From positions 800,001 through 864,000 of the forward strand of contig OZ244160.1 in NCBI GenBank assembly GCA_965216325.1: 64,000 bases of DNA, read 5' to 3'. This document shows positions 43,817 through 53,950 of the stretch, one piece after another; position 1 is the first letter of the stretch, and every line of letters starts with the position of its first letter. This DNA is from Coraliomargarita sp. GTDB taxonomy: Bacteria > Verrucomicrobiota > Verrucomicrobiia > Opitutales > Coraliomargaritaceae. The notes under the pieces were generated by a model. That model was given only the letters and a program-made list of their open reading frames with translations. It ran no database searches and was not told where the DNA came from. The position numbers and the translations under genes were made by a program.

Positions 43817-43894
43817 GAAAGTTCCTTTGTTTTGGATGAAAGCGGTGCAAAGTAGGGTTTGAGGCGCTTCGATCAAGCCTTTTTCTTGAAAAAA

Positions 43895-44890
43895 TCAGCT
43901 TGTTTTCAGGCCCCATAATACTTGGAAACGACGCCCCATGTGGGCCGGATGGATCAATTCCATCAAAGTCTGGCGGTCTTCGCTGAAGCTCCAGGCTGCG
44001 CCACTCACGATGGTTTCGGCGGCCCGAGCGGCTCGCTGGACCAAGAAGGCCTCTTGGCTTTCGAGGGTCACGGAAGTCAGTCCGGCAGCCTCTAGTTGGG
44101 CCTTGAGGGGGTCCCAGCAGACGTCGCAGGTGATGTCTTTTTCGCCGGGCAGGGCAAGTAAGTCGTTTTCTTGTCGATGCTTATAGTAAGTTCGGGCAGT
44201 GCCGCTCGGGCAGTCCTCGGTCAGGGCCTTCCAAGTCTTTCCGTAGTCGAAAAACAGTAGTAGGCCGGTCCAGTCTTGGGCCAGCAGGTCGGCCATCGCG
44301 GCTTCGGCTTCGAGCGGCCAGTCGAGTTCGTAGCCATCCGGCACGAGTTCGGGTAGGCGATCGGCATTGGTGGCGACGGGCGCGCTCAGTTGATCGAGTA
44401 GGATCTCAGTCGGCTGGCCATCGTCGTCGAGGGTGACGCCACGCTCGCGCCAAGCGCCGTCCTTGAAAATCAGGCGGTGAAAGGGGAGTGCATCCAGCCA
44501 TTCGTTGGCAAACAGCACGACAGGGCCATTGACGACAATCGGCTCGCCTTGACGGATGACTGTGTTGTCGGTGAAGGGAGTGCCTTCCAGATTATCGAGC
44601 AGGGAGCGGCCTGGTTCGGCGGCGATTTCGACGAAGGTGCTCTGCGCAGCTACGTCCGTGCCCAGTAGATCTTCCGCGGCGGTGCTGACGAGCTGGGCGA
44701 AGACTTTGCCCAAACTTTCCGCAGTGTAGAAATCGCGTTCGGGGGAACGGCCGACGCGTTCGGTATCACGCGTGTAATAGCCGCAGCCCTCCGCATACAG
44801 CGCGAGTTGAATGTAGTCGCGATAGCTGATGGGACCGTTTGCGCAGTGCTCGCGTAGCTGGTCGATTACGTTTTCGTAGGCTCCTGTCAT
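43895..44890 (-). CDS. MidA/NDUFAF7-like SAM-dependent methyltransferase
   Basis: GYY, DFYTA, ANEWLDALP, FDYG, DITCDV, MG.RFQVL. Confidence 0.88.
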   Translation of the reverse strand: MTGAYENVIDQLREHCANGPISYRDYIQLALYAEGCGYYTRDTERVGRSPERDFYTAESLGKVFAQLVSTAAEDLLGTDVAAQSTFVEIAAEPGRSLLDNLEGTPFTDNTVIRQGEPIVVNGPVVLFANEWLDALPFHRLIFKDGAWRERGVTLDDDGQPTEILLDQLSAPVATNADRLPELVPDGYELDWPLEAEAAMADLLAQDWTGLLLFFDYGKTWKALTEDCPSGTARTYYKHRQENDLLALPGEKDITCDVCWDPLKAQLEAAGLTSVTLESQEAFLVQRAARAAETIVSGAAWSFSEDRQTLMELIHPAHMGRRFQVLWGLKTS

Positions 44891-44924
44891 TTACAAACGC
44901 CAACAAGTAGACACAGTCTCAGCC

Positions 44925-46178
44925 ATGCACAAGCGCACTTTCAAATGGGCCCTCATTGGTGGCACGTTGTCCTTTTGGGCGGCAATCATACTCTTCCAAC
45001 CGAGTGCCCGAGCGCTGTTCTCGTTTGAGTTCTGGCAAAATCTTGCCCGTTACAGTCGGGTCATGCGTCTCGTGGAGACTGAGTATGTGCATGCCGATGA
45101 CGTCAGTTATGAGGAGCTAACCAATGTGGCATTGCGCGAATCAGTGCGCTCGCTCGACAAGTATTCAGACTACATGATCCCCGAAGACTTTGAGACCTTC
45201 AACATGGCGTCGAATCAGGAGTATGTTGGGGTCGGCATCGAATTGACTGAATTTGGTGGGCAGGTGCGGATTACGCAGGTGTTCGATGGCGGAAGCGCTG
45301 AGGAAGCTGGCTTGTTGGCCGGCGACGTGATCGCCTCGGTAGATGGTGAGAGTGTTCGTGGTGAATCGCTGCCTGAAGTCTCCGAGCGTGTGCGGGGGGA
45401 ACCCGGCACGAGTGTGCTGCTTGAAATTGAGCGTATGGGGGAGGGCGCCCCATTGGCATTTGAGATGGAGCGCCGTGCAATTGCATTAGATGCCGTGGTG
45501 GATATCGAGATGAAAACGCCGACAGTGGGTTACTGCCTGCTTCGTCAATTCACGGAGAAGGCGGACATTGAACTTGCGGCTGCGATTTTGGAATTGGGGG
45601 CTCAGGGCATGCAGGCATTGATATTGGATCTGCGTGGAAATCCAGGTGGGCGTCTTGATTCGGCGGCATTGATTGCCGACCTCTTTTTAGAGCCGGGACA
45701 AACGATTGTGACGGTTGAGGCGCGCCGTGGTTTAGTTGAAACGGTTCAAACTGAACCCTCTCAAACCAATTTCAAGGGGCCGATGGCGATCCTAATTGAT
45801 GAAGAGAGCGCGAGTGCATCTGAGATTCTGGCGGGAGCTTGTCGAGATTATGGCCGCGCAATTTTGATCGGAGCACAAACATTCGGGAAGGGCTCGGTGC
45901 AGAGTGTCTTCCAGTTTCGCGGGGGGCATGGATTGAAGCTGACAACTGCACGTTACCTGTTGCCAGACGGCGAAGCGATCAATGGCACGGGCGTAGCTCC
46001 GGATGTGAATGTAGAGCTGAGTCGTGAGGACTCTTACGTGCGACTGCTGCAGCGGCATCATTTGCGCGAAATGGATGCGGTTGAGTTTGAGCGGCGTTTT
46101 GGTTTTGCGCCGATTGAGGATCAGCCGCTACAGCTTGCTCAGGAAATGCTTGAAGCAACGTTGTTGGGCAAACGCTAG
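44925..46178 (+). CDS. S41 C-terminal processing protease with PDZ domain
   Basis: GVGI, LDLRGNPGG, SASASEI, TFGKGSVQ. Confidence 0.93.
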   Translation: MHKRTFKWALIGGTLSFWAAIILFQPSARALFSFEFWQNLARYSRVMRLVETEYVHADDVSYEELTNVALRESVRSLDKYSDYMIPEDFETFNMASNQEYVGVGIELTEFGGQVRITQVFDGGSAEEAGLLAGDVIASVDGESVRGESLPEVSERVRGEPGTSVLLEIERMGEGAPLAFEMERRAIALDAVVDIEMKTPTVGYCLLRQFTEKADIELAAAILELGAQGMQALILDLRGNPGGRLDSAALIADLFLEPGQTIVTVEARRGLVETVQTEPSQTNFKGPMAILIDEESASASEILAGACRDYGRAILIGAQTFGKGSVQSVFQFRGGHGLKLTTARYLLPDGEAINGTGVAPDVNVELSREDSYVRLLQRHHLREMDAVEFERRFGFAPIEDQPLQLAQEMLEATLLGKR

Positions 46179-46272
46179 GGGCTCCGCTTGCGGAGCCCGC
46201 AGTGTGCTTGGCGGTTCAATTCGTAGACTTTTGCATCGCCATTCTAACTGCTAACTTCTCTCTTCTACAATT

Positions 46273-47307
46273 ATGCTACTTGCAATCGAAAGTTCCTGCG
46301 ACGAATCCGCACTTGCGCTGTTTGACCCTGCGCGGGGGATCGTTGGTGAGTGGGTGCACAGTCAAATCAGTTTGCACAAGGAATACGGCGGTGTGGTGCC
46401 GGACCTCGCCAGTCGCGAGCATCTGAAGAACTTTTTCCCTCTGCTGGAGGCGTCCGATGTGCTTCAGCATAAAGCGCAGATCAACGAAGTGGTCGTGACC
46501 AATGGTCCGGGCCTTGCGGGCTGCCTTGCGCTGGGCATCGCCTTTGCGAAAAGTATTGCTCTCGCATGGAAACTTCCAGTGCGCGGGGTGAACCATCTTC
46601 GCGGGCATGCGTATTCGCCGTTCATTAATCTGCATGCTGAGAATCCCGCAGGTTTTACGAAGGCGTTCCAAGGGCTGCTGCCGCACTTGGGACTGATTGT
46701 TTCGGGTGGTAATACGATTCTGTTTGAGATCGATGTAAACCAGCAGCTCACCGTGCTCGCAGAAACGGTCGACGATGCCGCCGGTGAAGCTTTGGACAAG
46801 GGCGCCAAGTTGCTGGGGCTGCCTTATCCTGGTGGGCCGCATGTCGAAAAGCTCGCCCAGTCGGGGAGTGCTGAGGCCTACGAATTTCCCAAGGCAATCG
46901 CGCCGCGTAACGAGCGCCGCTTCAGTTTTTCTGGTCTGAAGACTAGTCTCCGGTACCGTATGGAGAAGATGGACGACGCGGAACTGGACGCTGCCATGCC
47001 GGACATTTGCGCGTCGTATCAGGGCGCGGTAATTGCGCAACTGCGCGGCAAGACACGTCACCTGATTAACGATGGCAATTACCGCAGCCTCGGGCTGTCC
47101 GGAGGTGTGTCGAATAATAAGGCCTTACGTGCATCGATGCAGGATTTGGCGAAGCGTCATCGCTTGTCTTGTCTGATTGCGGAGCCAAAGCACACGGGGG
47201 ACAACGCTGCGATGATTGCCTTTGCAGCGTTTGCCGATCCATCTGGCACCGCGGCGGACTCTGCTGAGTCGCCACTCAGCATTCAACCTGCACTACGTTT
47301 AGCTTAA
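46273..47307 (+). CDS. tsaD: tRNA threonylcarbamoyltransferase TsaD
   Basis: IESSCDE, GGVVPDLASREH, NHLRGH, DDAAGEA.DK, DNAAMIA. Confidence 0.95.
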   Translation: MLLAIESSCDESALALFDPARGIVGEWVHSQISLHKEYGGVVPDLASREHLKNFFPLLEASDVLQHKAQINEVVVTNGPGLAGCLALGIAFAKSIALAWKLPVRGVNHLRGHAYSPFINLHAENPAGFTKAFQGLLPHLGLIVSGGNTILFEIDVNQQLTVLAETVDDAAGEALDKGAKLLGLPYPGGPHVEKLAQSGSAEAYEFPKAIAPRNERRFSFSGLKTSLRYRMEKMDDAELDAAMPDICASYQGAVIAQLRGKTRHLINDGNYRSLGLSGGVSNNKALRASMQDLAKRHRLSCLIAEPKHTGDNAAMIAFAAFADPSGTAADSAESPLSIQPALRLA

Positions 47308-47738
47308 TGAACTGTCCTTGTCAGAGTGGGGCGCTTTACGCTGATTGCTGCGAGCCCTTTGTGAACCAAAAAGCCAAGGCCTCAACGGCCGAGGCGCTGA
47401 TGCGCTCGCGTTTTTCGGCCTATGTGGTCGGTGCGATCGATTATCTGGTCGCGACCACCTTGCCCGCGTCGCGCACAGCTCATCTACGCGCTGGCTATCA
47501 ATCAACCCATGATGAAATCGAGTGGTTGGGACTCGAAGTGCTGTCTACTTGGAGAGGTGGCGAGTTGGATAAAGTCGGCAAAGTGGAATTTCGTGCCACG
47601 TATCTGCAGCAGGGGCAAGCCGCGGAGCACCATGAGTTGTCCCGTTTTCGCAAGCGCGGCGGTGAATGGTTCTACGTCGATGGCGAAGTTGAGGACCGAA
47701 TGAAGTCGCACAGGCGTCCCGCCTGTCTCGCAAATTAA
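47307..47738 (+). CDS. YchJ family SEC-C motif protein
   Basis: CPCQSG..Y..CC, LMRSRFSAY, VEF.A, WFYVDG. Confidence 0.92.
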   Translation: MNCPCQSGALYADCCEPFVNQKAKASTAEALMRSRFSAYVVGAIDYLVATTLPASRTAHLRAGYQSTHDEIEWLGLEVLSTWRGGELDKVGKVEFRATYLQQGQAAEHHELSRFRKRGGEWFYVDGEVEDRMKSHRRPACLAN

Positions 47739-47768
47739 ATGAAACAGGCAAGATGCCTGTTTTACATC

Positions 47769-47799
47769 AAAAAAGAGCGCTCGTTGCGGAGCGCTCTTT
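47769..47799. terminator. Terminator between convergent ychJ and clpP
   Basis: AAAAAAGAGCGCTC..GAGCGCTCTTT. Confidence 0.75.
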
Positions 47800-47823
47800 G
47801 GAAAGTATCTGGATGATGCCGGT

Positions 47824-48405
47824 CTAGATCTTGTCGATGATGCCGTCGGCCAGACCGTATTCGATGGCTTCGTCCGCAGTCATGTAGAAGTCGCGGTCGG
47901 TGTCTTGCTCGATGCGCTCGAGAGGTTGGCCGGAAGTCTTCGCCAAGATCGCGTTGAGCTCGTCGCGCAGGCGCTCCATTTCCTTGGCTTGGATATGGAT
48001 GTCGACCGCAACGGCGACCATCTGACCAGAGATCAGTGGTTGGTGGATCAATACGCGGCTGTGCGGGTAGAGGAAACGCTTCCCCTTGCTTGCACCGCAG
48101 AGCAGGATGGATCCCATACTGGCCGCCATACCGGTGACGACCACTTTGATCGGAGAGCTGATCAGCTGCATGGTGTCGTAGACCGCCATGCCCGCGGTAA
48201 TCGATCCGCCCGGTGTGTTGATGTAGAAAGTGATTTCTTTACCTGGCGCGTCTGCTTCCAGATAGAGGAGCTTCTCGGTGATGTCCTTGGCGGACTTATC
48301 GCTGACCTCGCCCCAAAGGAAGATTTTGCGATCTTTCAGGAAGCTCTCCTGAATTTTGGCGCCTGCAGGTTGTTCGGAATCTTTTTTCTTTTTGTCGTCG
48401 GCCAT
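47824..48405 (-). CDS. clpP: ATP-dependent Clp protease proteolytic subunit
   Basis: YINTPGGS, AASMGS, IHQP, DRDFYM. Confidence 0.96.
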   Translation of the reverse strand: MADDKKKKDSEQPAGAKIQESFLKDRKIFLWGEVSDKSAKDITEKLLYLEADAPGKEITFYINTPGGSITAGMAVYDTMQLISSPIKVVVTGMAASMGSILLCGASKGKRFLYPHSRVLIHQPLISGQMVAVAVDIHIQAKEMERLRDELNAILAKTSGQPLERIEQDTDRDFYMTADEAIEYGLADGIIDKI

Positions 48406-48476
48406 TAGTTGAACGGGGTGTTTGTTTGAAAGGAATAGAAGAGCAGGAGCCGGCTTAGTTTCAAGCCGCGACTCAA

Positions 48477-48920
48477 TTAAGCTTCGATTTTCTCGATGCG
48501 GCGCTGGTGGCGTCCGCCTTCGAATTCAGCGTCGAGCCAAATGGATACAATCTTGAGTGCAAGCTCCTCAGAGACTGGACGTGCACCGATAGAGATGCAG
48601 TTGGCGTTGTTGTGCTCTTTGGTCATTTGCGCGGACCACTCATCCCAGCATAGGCCACAGCGTACGCCTTTGACCTTGTTGGCGACGATTGCTTCGCCAT
48701 TACCGCTGCCACCGAGTACGATGCCGTAGTCGGCTTTGCCTTTGGCGACCGCCTCCGCTGCAGGGCGGATGAAATCCGGATAATCGCAGGATTCGTCGCT
48801 GTCGCAGCCGAAATCAAGGACTTCGCAGCCGCGCTCGCGCAGTAAATTGATGATTGGGGCCTTTAGTGGGAAGCCCGCATGGTCAGTGCCGATGGATACA
48901 GTGAGGGTCTTTGTGCTCAT
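48477..48920 (-). CDS. rpiB: Ribose-5-phosphate isomerase B
   Basis: DHAG, DYPD, GSGNGE, HNNAN, FEGGRH.RR; start ATG at 48920. Confidence 0.93.
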   Translation of the reverse strand: MSTKTLTVSIGTDHAGFPLKAPIINLLRERGCEVLDFGCDSDESCDYPDFIRPAAEAVAKGKADYGIVLGGSGNGEAIVANKVKGVRCGLCWDEWSAQMTKEHNNANCISIGARPVSEELALKIVSIWLDAEFEGGRHQRRIEKIEA

Positions 48921-49060
48921 AGAAAGCAAGAAACAAAGGCCGCTCAAGGGCCTAGTGCAATACGCAAACCAAGGAAATTTCTTCGGAAAAAGGGCTTGCC
49001 CTAGAGACGGAAGCGCCTACTTTCACGCGCTTTTCCAATTTATCTGAGAAAGTTTTTATT

Positions 49061-49237
49061 ATGCCAAGAGAGCACGTAATCATTGAATGCACCGAAGCCC
49101 GCGCAGAAGGCAAGCCGGTGTCCCGCTACATGACCACTCGCGACAAGAAGGCACAGCCTGACCGCATCGAGAAGAAGAAGTATAACAAGTTCCTTCGCCG
49201 TCACACGCTGCACCGCGAGCTCAAGAGCTCCAAGTAA
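49061..49237 (+). CDS. rpmG: 50S ribosomal protein L33 (missing from the ORF track)
   Basis: Translated by hand: [58 protein letters not shown]. Confidence 0.95.
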   Translation: MPREHVIIECTEARAEGKPVSRYMTTRDKKAQPDRIEKKKYNKFLRRHTLHRELKSSK

Positions 49238-49254
49238 GCGCGATATAGAATTTC

Positions 49255-49290
49255 AAAAAGCCCGCACTCGAACGAGCGCGGGCTTTTTTT
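49255..49290 (+). terminator. Intrinsic terminator after rpmG
   Basis: AAAAAGCCCGC..GCGGGCTTTTTTT. Confidence 0.85.
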
Positions 49291-49429
49291 GTGTTCAGCT
49301 GAATGGAAGCGACTTCAAAACCGCCTAAAGGCGGGACCCCAACCTCACGAACCGTCTGAGCTGAAATTATTTTGCCAATAATTGTTCTGCCCAGTTTACG
49401 TATGATCGCTCTCTGCTCGAAAATTAACT

Positions 49430-49849
49430 TTAACTATCCGCTTCGTAGCGTCCACCGTAGCCGGGTTCGTAGAGGCGCAGCCCGAGATGTTGGGCCATTA
49501 TGCTAAAATGCTTGTCGTTGGCATAAGCTCGGCAATCCAGATCGATAGCCAGCGTCGCGATGAGAATATCGTTCCAAGGTAGCGTATGTCCTTGGTCGCG
49601 TAGCTTCCAAGCGTTGAGCTTCGCTGCTTTCCAGTGTTTTTCTTCGACGGATCGATAGGGGATACATTCGAAGTAAAACTCCAACCGCTTGCGGTCTTCC
49701 TTCCGTGCACCGCCCATGAATTCGAGCTTCACTGGGCTACACCAGCAGGCTTCGTATTCTTCCAGCAAGTTTTCGAGTCCAACCTTGTAGGCCAGGTCGC
49801 CATTACGACGACTGGCCTCGATCCAAACCGAAGTGTCAACGATGACCAT
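49430..49849 (-). CDS. VapC/PIN domain toxin
   Basis: IVDTSVWI, E, DILIA, NDKHF. Confidence 0.9.
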   Translation of the reverse strand: MVIVDTSVWIEASRRNGDLAYKVGLENLLEEYEACWCSPVKLEFMGGARKEDRKRLEFYFECIPYRSVEEKHWKAAKLNAWKLRDQGHTLPWNDILIATLAIDLDCRAYANDKHFSIMAQHLGLRLYEPGYGGRYEADS

Positions 49850-50052
49850 TAGCTATTGCCAGCTTCGATCGCGTCGTTGGTGGCAGGGTAGTCAAATGCA
49901 CCTTCGCGTAATAAAGTGCCGAACTCTTTGGCTTTCTTGCGATTAACGAATTCGGTGACCGCTTTGGCGACTGCAGGGCTCTTTTTAGACTCACCCGTAA
50001 TGCGCGCCAAGTCTTTCAATATCGCTTCATCGATATCTACAGTGATTCTCAT
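49849..50052 (-). CDS. VapB-type antitoxin
   Basis: MRITVDIDE..L, KS.AV.KAV.EF; stop/start overlap with the PIN gene. Confidence 0.85.
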   Translation of the reverse strand: MRITVDIDEAILKDLARITGESKKSPAVAKAVTEFVNRKKAKEFGTLLREGAFDYPATNDAIEAGNS

Positions 50053-50112
50053 TGAGTATAAAATGACTCAATTTGATGATTTTTCAAGTTGGTTTTGATG
50101 ACTTTTGCAGGT

Positions 50113-51549
50113 CTAGGCCTGCTCCAAGTCGAAGCCGTCTTTTTTGTCTTTAACGACCCAGCCTTGGGCGAGGAGGGCGTCGCGGAGTTCGTCGGCTTTG
50201 CCCCAGTCCTTGGCTTGCTTGGCTTCCCAGCGCTGTTGGGCGAGGGCGACAATTTCCTCCGGTGCATCGACTGCGGCTGCTTCAACGGTGAAGAGCTCCA
50301 AGCCGAGCGCGTAGAGGAGGCTGCCGAAAGCTTTGAGCATGTCGCGAGCGGAATCCGCGTCGAGTGATGCGGCTGGGTTGGAGCCGATCACGCCGAAGAT
50401 GGCGCCGAGGCAGGCTGCGGTGTTCAGATTGTTGCGCAGCGCATCCCAAGCCTTGCTGAAGCGACCGAAGTCTTCGGGTGCTTTCTTAGTAATGTAGTTC
50501 GCGAGTGCGGACTTGTCTTCACCGGTCTTGGCGAGCAGGGACTCGGCGAAGCGCTCGAGCTTTTGCAGGGCACTGGTGGAGGCGTGCAGGCCATCGAAGG
50601 TAAAGTTGAGCTGCTGGCGGTAGCTACCAGCGATCAAGGTGTAGCGCACAACCATTGGGTTGAAACCCTTTTCCTGCAGGTCGTTGAGCGTGTAAAGATT
50701 GCCGAGGCTCTTGGACATCTTGGCGCCTTCCACCATAAGGTGGGCGCTGTGGAACCAGTGTTTGCACAGGCATTTACCATGCGCGCATTCGGATTGTGCG
50801 ATCTCGTTCTCGTGGTGCGGGAAGCAGAGGTCGACACCGCCGCCGTGGAGTTCGATGGTCTCACCGTCAAATGCAGCGTCGATCATGGCCGAGCACTCCA
50901 AGTGCCAACCTGGACGGCCTTCGCCCCATGGGCTCTTCCAGTAGTTGTCGCCATCTTCCGGCTTGCGGCCCTTCCAGAGCGCAAAATCGGTCACGGACTC
51001 GCGGTCATACTCGTCGGCGTCGTTGACTTCGCCGGCTGAGTTTTCGGTCTGTGTTTTGAGCTCGCGCTGCTTGAGCTTGGAGAGGCTGCCGTAGTCGTCG
51101 TAGGAACTAACGCGGAAGTAAACCGAGCCGTCCTCAGTCGCGTAGGCGTGACCTTTCTCGACCAGTTTTTCGACCAGTGCAATTTGCTGAGGGATGTGTG
51201 CAACCGCACTCGGCTCCACGCTTGGTGGCAACATGTTGAGCGCGTCGCAGTCCGCGTGGAATTTCTCCGTCCACTTCGCGGTAAATTCGCCCAGCGACAG
51301 GCCTTCCTCCATCGAGCGGCGGATGGTCTTGTCGTCCACATCGGTGATGTTGCGGACGTGCTTTACCGGAGTGCCGTCCACTTCAAGCACACGGCGCAGT
51401 GTATCCTGAATCAGGAAGGTGCGGAAGTTGCCGATGTGCGCAGGACCATACACTGTCGGTCCACAACAGTAGAAACGTAGTGGCTTCTCGCTCTCGTTGG
51501 AGAGCTGCTTTACGGATCGGCTGTGTGTGTCGTAGAGTTGGACGGACAT
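50113..51549 (-). CDS. cysS: Cysteine--tRNA ligase
   Basis: CGPTVY, HIGN, GRPGWHLECS, KMSKS. Confidence 0.97.
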   Translation of the reverse strand: MSVQLYDTHSRSVKQLSNESEKPLRFYCCGPTVYGPAHIGNFRTFLIQDTLRRVLEVDGTPVKHVRNITDVDDKTIRRSMEEGLSLGEFTAKWTEKFHADCDALNMLPPSVEPSAVAHIPQQIALVEKLVEKGHAYATEDGSVYFRVSSYDDYGSLSKLKQRELKTQTENSAGEVNDADEYDRESVTDFALWKGRKPEDGDNYWKSPWGEGRPGWHLECSAMIDAAFDGETIELHGGGVDLCFPHHENEIAQSECAHGKCLCKHWFHSAHLMVEGAKMSKSLGNLYTLNDLQEKGFNPMVVRYTLIAGSYRQQLNFTFDGLHASTSALQKLERFAESLLAKTGEDKSALANYITKKAPEDFGRFSKAWDALRNNLNTAACLGAIFGVIGSNPAASLDADSARDMLKAFGSLLYALGLELFTVEAAAVDAPEEIVALAQQRWEAKQAKDWGKADELRDALLAQGWVVKDKKDGFDLEQA

Positions 51550-51612
51550 TTTTTTAGAGAAGTTAGAAGGCAGAAGTTAGGAGTTAGAAGCTGCTTCTAC
51601 GGTTAAATCGAA

Positions 51613-52554
51613 TTACTTACTGTTGAGTTCGACGAGCTTCGCCATGATTGCCTTTTGAGCATGTAGGCGGTTTTCGGCTTCGTCAAAAATGATGCTTTTC
51701 GGGCTGTCGAGCACTTCTTGGCTGACTTCTTCACCCGCGTGCGCAGGTAGGCAGTGCATGAAGTAGGCCTCCGGCTTCGCGAGGGCCATGAGTTCGGCGC
51801 TCACTTGATACGGTGCCATCTCCTTCAGGCGTTGCTCGGCTTCGGCTTCGTCGCCCATGGAGACCCAGACGTCGGTGTAGATCACGTCGGCGTCTTTGAC
51901 CGCTTCTTTTGGATCGACGGTGTAGGTGTAGGTGACCGGCAGGTCATCGGCCTTGAGTGCATCGACCACGGATTGCTTTGGTTCGTAGCCCTCTGGACCA
52001 GAGACGGCGATTTCCATACCGAACATTGCTGCAGTCAGAATCCAGGAGTTGGCCATGTTGCAGGCGCTGTCACCGAGGAATGCGACCTTCTTGCCCTCCA
52101 GCGTATTGATGTCAACTGCTTCCGGTGAGTAGCGCTCGAGGAGGGTGAAGATGTCGGTGTAAAGCTGGCAGGGGTGGTTGAAGTCGGTCAGGCCGTTGAT
52201 GATCGGCATGGTTGCATGCTTTGCGAACTCTTCGACGACTTCGTGCTCATAGGCCCGAATTACCAAGCCGTGCAGGTAGCGTGAGAGCACCTTGGAAGTA
52301 TCTTCCACAGTTTCGCCTCGGCCGATCTGGGTGTTTTGGGAATTGAGCACGATGGGGAATCCGCCGAGCTCGTTAACGCCAACTTCGAAGGAAACCCGTG
52401 TCCGTGTGCTGCTCTTGTAGAAGAGCAGGCCCCATGATTGCATGTTGAGGGCTGCCGGGCAGTTGAGCCGGTTATCTTTGAAGCTCTTGGCGAGCGAGAA
52501 CACTTCTTGCGCTTGTTCGAGCGTGAAGTCAGTGACTTTGAGGAAATGGTTCAT
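51613..52554 (-). CDS. argF: Ornithine carbamoyltransferase
   Basis: STRTR, HPCQ, WVSMG, HCLP; start ATG at 52554. Confidence 0.95.
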   Translation of the reverse strand: MNHFLKVTDFTLEQAQEVFSLAKSFKDNRLNCPAALNMQSWGLLFYKSSTRTRVSFEVGVNELGGFPIVLNSQNTQIGRGETVEDTSKVLSRYLHGLVIRAYEHEVVEEFAKHATMPIINGLTDFNHPCQLYTDIFTLLERYSPEAVDINTLEGKKVAFLGDSACNMANSWILTAAMFGMEIAVSGPEGYEPKQSVVDALKADDLPVTYTYTVDPKEAVKDADVIYTDVWVSMGDEAEAEQRLKEMAPYQVSAELMALAKPEAYFMHCLPAHAGEEVSQEVLDSPKSIIFDEAENRLHAQKAIMAKLVELNSK

Positions 52555-52556
52555 TG

Positions 52557-52693
52557 TTCGAGATACGTGATACGTGATACGTGATTCGAGATGTGGGGTT
52601 TGAAAATGGAATGAGTTCAACCACGGATAGACGCGGATAGACACGGATGTGCTGCGTTAGGTGATCTGTGTGAATCTGTGTTCATCGGTGGTT
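52557..52693. repeat. Heptamer (GATACGT)n plus an inverted 9-10-mer array between argD and argF
   Basis: AACCACGGATAGACGCGGATAGACACGGAT and ATCTGTGTGAATCTGTGTTCATCGGTGGTT. Confidence 0.8.
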
Positions 52694-52699
52694 ACTTAC

Positions 52700-53884
52700 T
52701 TAGGATTTTAGCTCGTCAAAAATTTGGTCGAGAATTGCGACGCTTTTGCTCAGTTGCGCACTTGATGCAGTGAGTGCGGGGAGTAAACGGATTGTGTTGT
52801 GACCTGCTGGAACGATGAGGAGCCCCTTGTCGCGTGCGGCCGCGGTGACTGCGAGACAGTCGGCATGTAGCGGGAGGCCGATCATGTAACCTTCGCCCCG
52901 AAAGCCAGCGATGTGCTGTGGATACTTCTTGGCCAGTGCCTGAAGCTCTTGGTGCCATACCACGGATTGGGAGCTGACTTGCTCGATGAGGTTTTCCTCT
53001 TCGAGGATGTCGAGCACGGCGTTGGCTGCAGCAGATGCGAGTGGGTTGCCACCGAAGGTGGTGCCATGCGAGCCCGGTTGGAAGAGTTCCGCGTAGGCTT
53101 CCGCGACCCAGATTGCACCAATCGGGAAACCAGCGCCCAGCCCCTTGGCCATACCAATCGCGTCGGGAGTGACGCCTGCTTTTTCGAATGCAAAGAAGTG
53201 ACCGCTCCGGCCGATGCCGCATTGGACTTCGTCGAGCATGAGGAGTGCGCCTCGCTCGGTGCAGAGTGCCCGCAGTTCTTGCAGGAAGCTGGCTTCGGCT
53301 GGGAAAATGCCGCCTTCGCCTTGTATCGATTCGATGAATACAGCCGCGACGGACTCGTCGACAAGCTTGTCGAAGCTGGCGATGTCGTTGATCTTGCCAA
53401 ACTTGAAACCTTCGAGCATGGGCCGGAAGCCGCCTTGGATTTTCTCTTGTGGAGTCGCGCCCATGCCACCGAAAGTCCGGCCGTGGAATGCATCTTCTGC
53501 AGCGACTACAGTAAACCGCTTGGCTTCTTCACCAGTGACTTGCTTCCCGTGAAGGCGAGCAAGCTTGATCAGCGCTTCATTGGCTTCAGCGCCGCTGTTG
53601 CAGAAGAGCACCCGACCCGGGCCAGCCTTGGCGACGAGCCGATCTGCGAGCTTTTGCTGGCCGGGGATGCCATAAAGGTTGCTGCAGTGGGTGAGGGTGG
53701 CGGCTTGCTCTTGGACGGCTGCGACCCATTTTGGGTGCGAGTGTCCGACGGAAGTCACTGCGATGCCACTGCCAAAGTCGAGGTAACGCTTGCCCGTCTC
53801 GTCGAAGAGATGCAGGCCTTCGCCCCGCACTGCGTTGAACGCGGGCGGGCCGTAGTTTTTCATGAGCGTTGGATGGTGAGACAT
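52700..53884 (-). CDS. argD: Acetylornithine aminotransferase
   Basis: NSGAEANE, FHGRT, DEVQCG, AKGLGAG, HGTTFGGN; arg cluster context. Confidence 0.93.
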   Translation of the reverse strand: MSHHPTLMKNYGPPAFNAVRGEGLHLFDETGKRYLDFGSGIAVTSVGHSHPKWVAAVQEQAATLTHCSNLYGIPGQQKLADRLVAKAGPGRVLFCNSGAEANEALIKLARLHGKQVTGEEAKRFTVVAAEDAFHGRTFGGMGATPQEKIQGGFRPMLEGFKFGKINDIASFDKLVDESVAAVFIESIQGEGGIFPAEASFLQELRALCTERGALLMLDEVQCGIGRSGHFFAFEKAGVTPDAIGMAKGLGAGFPIGAIWVAEAYAELFQPGSHGTTFGGNPLASAAANAVLDILEEENLIEQVSSQSVVWHQELQALAKKYPQHIAGFRGEGYMIGLPLHADCLAVTAAARDKGLLIVPAGHNTIRLLPALTASSAQLSKSVAILDQIFDELKS

Positions 53885-53950
53885 TTGATTAAAGAGTTTG
53901 TATTGTAGGGCTCGTGCTTGCACGATGCCGGCGCTTTGCAAGCAAAGGCC

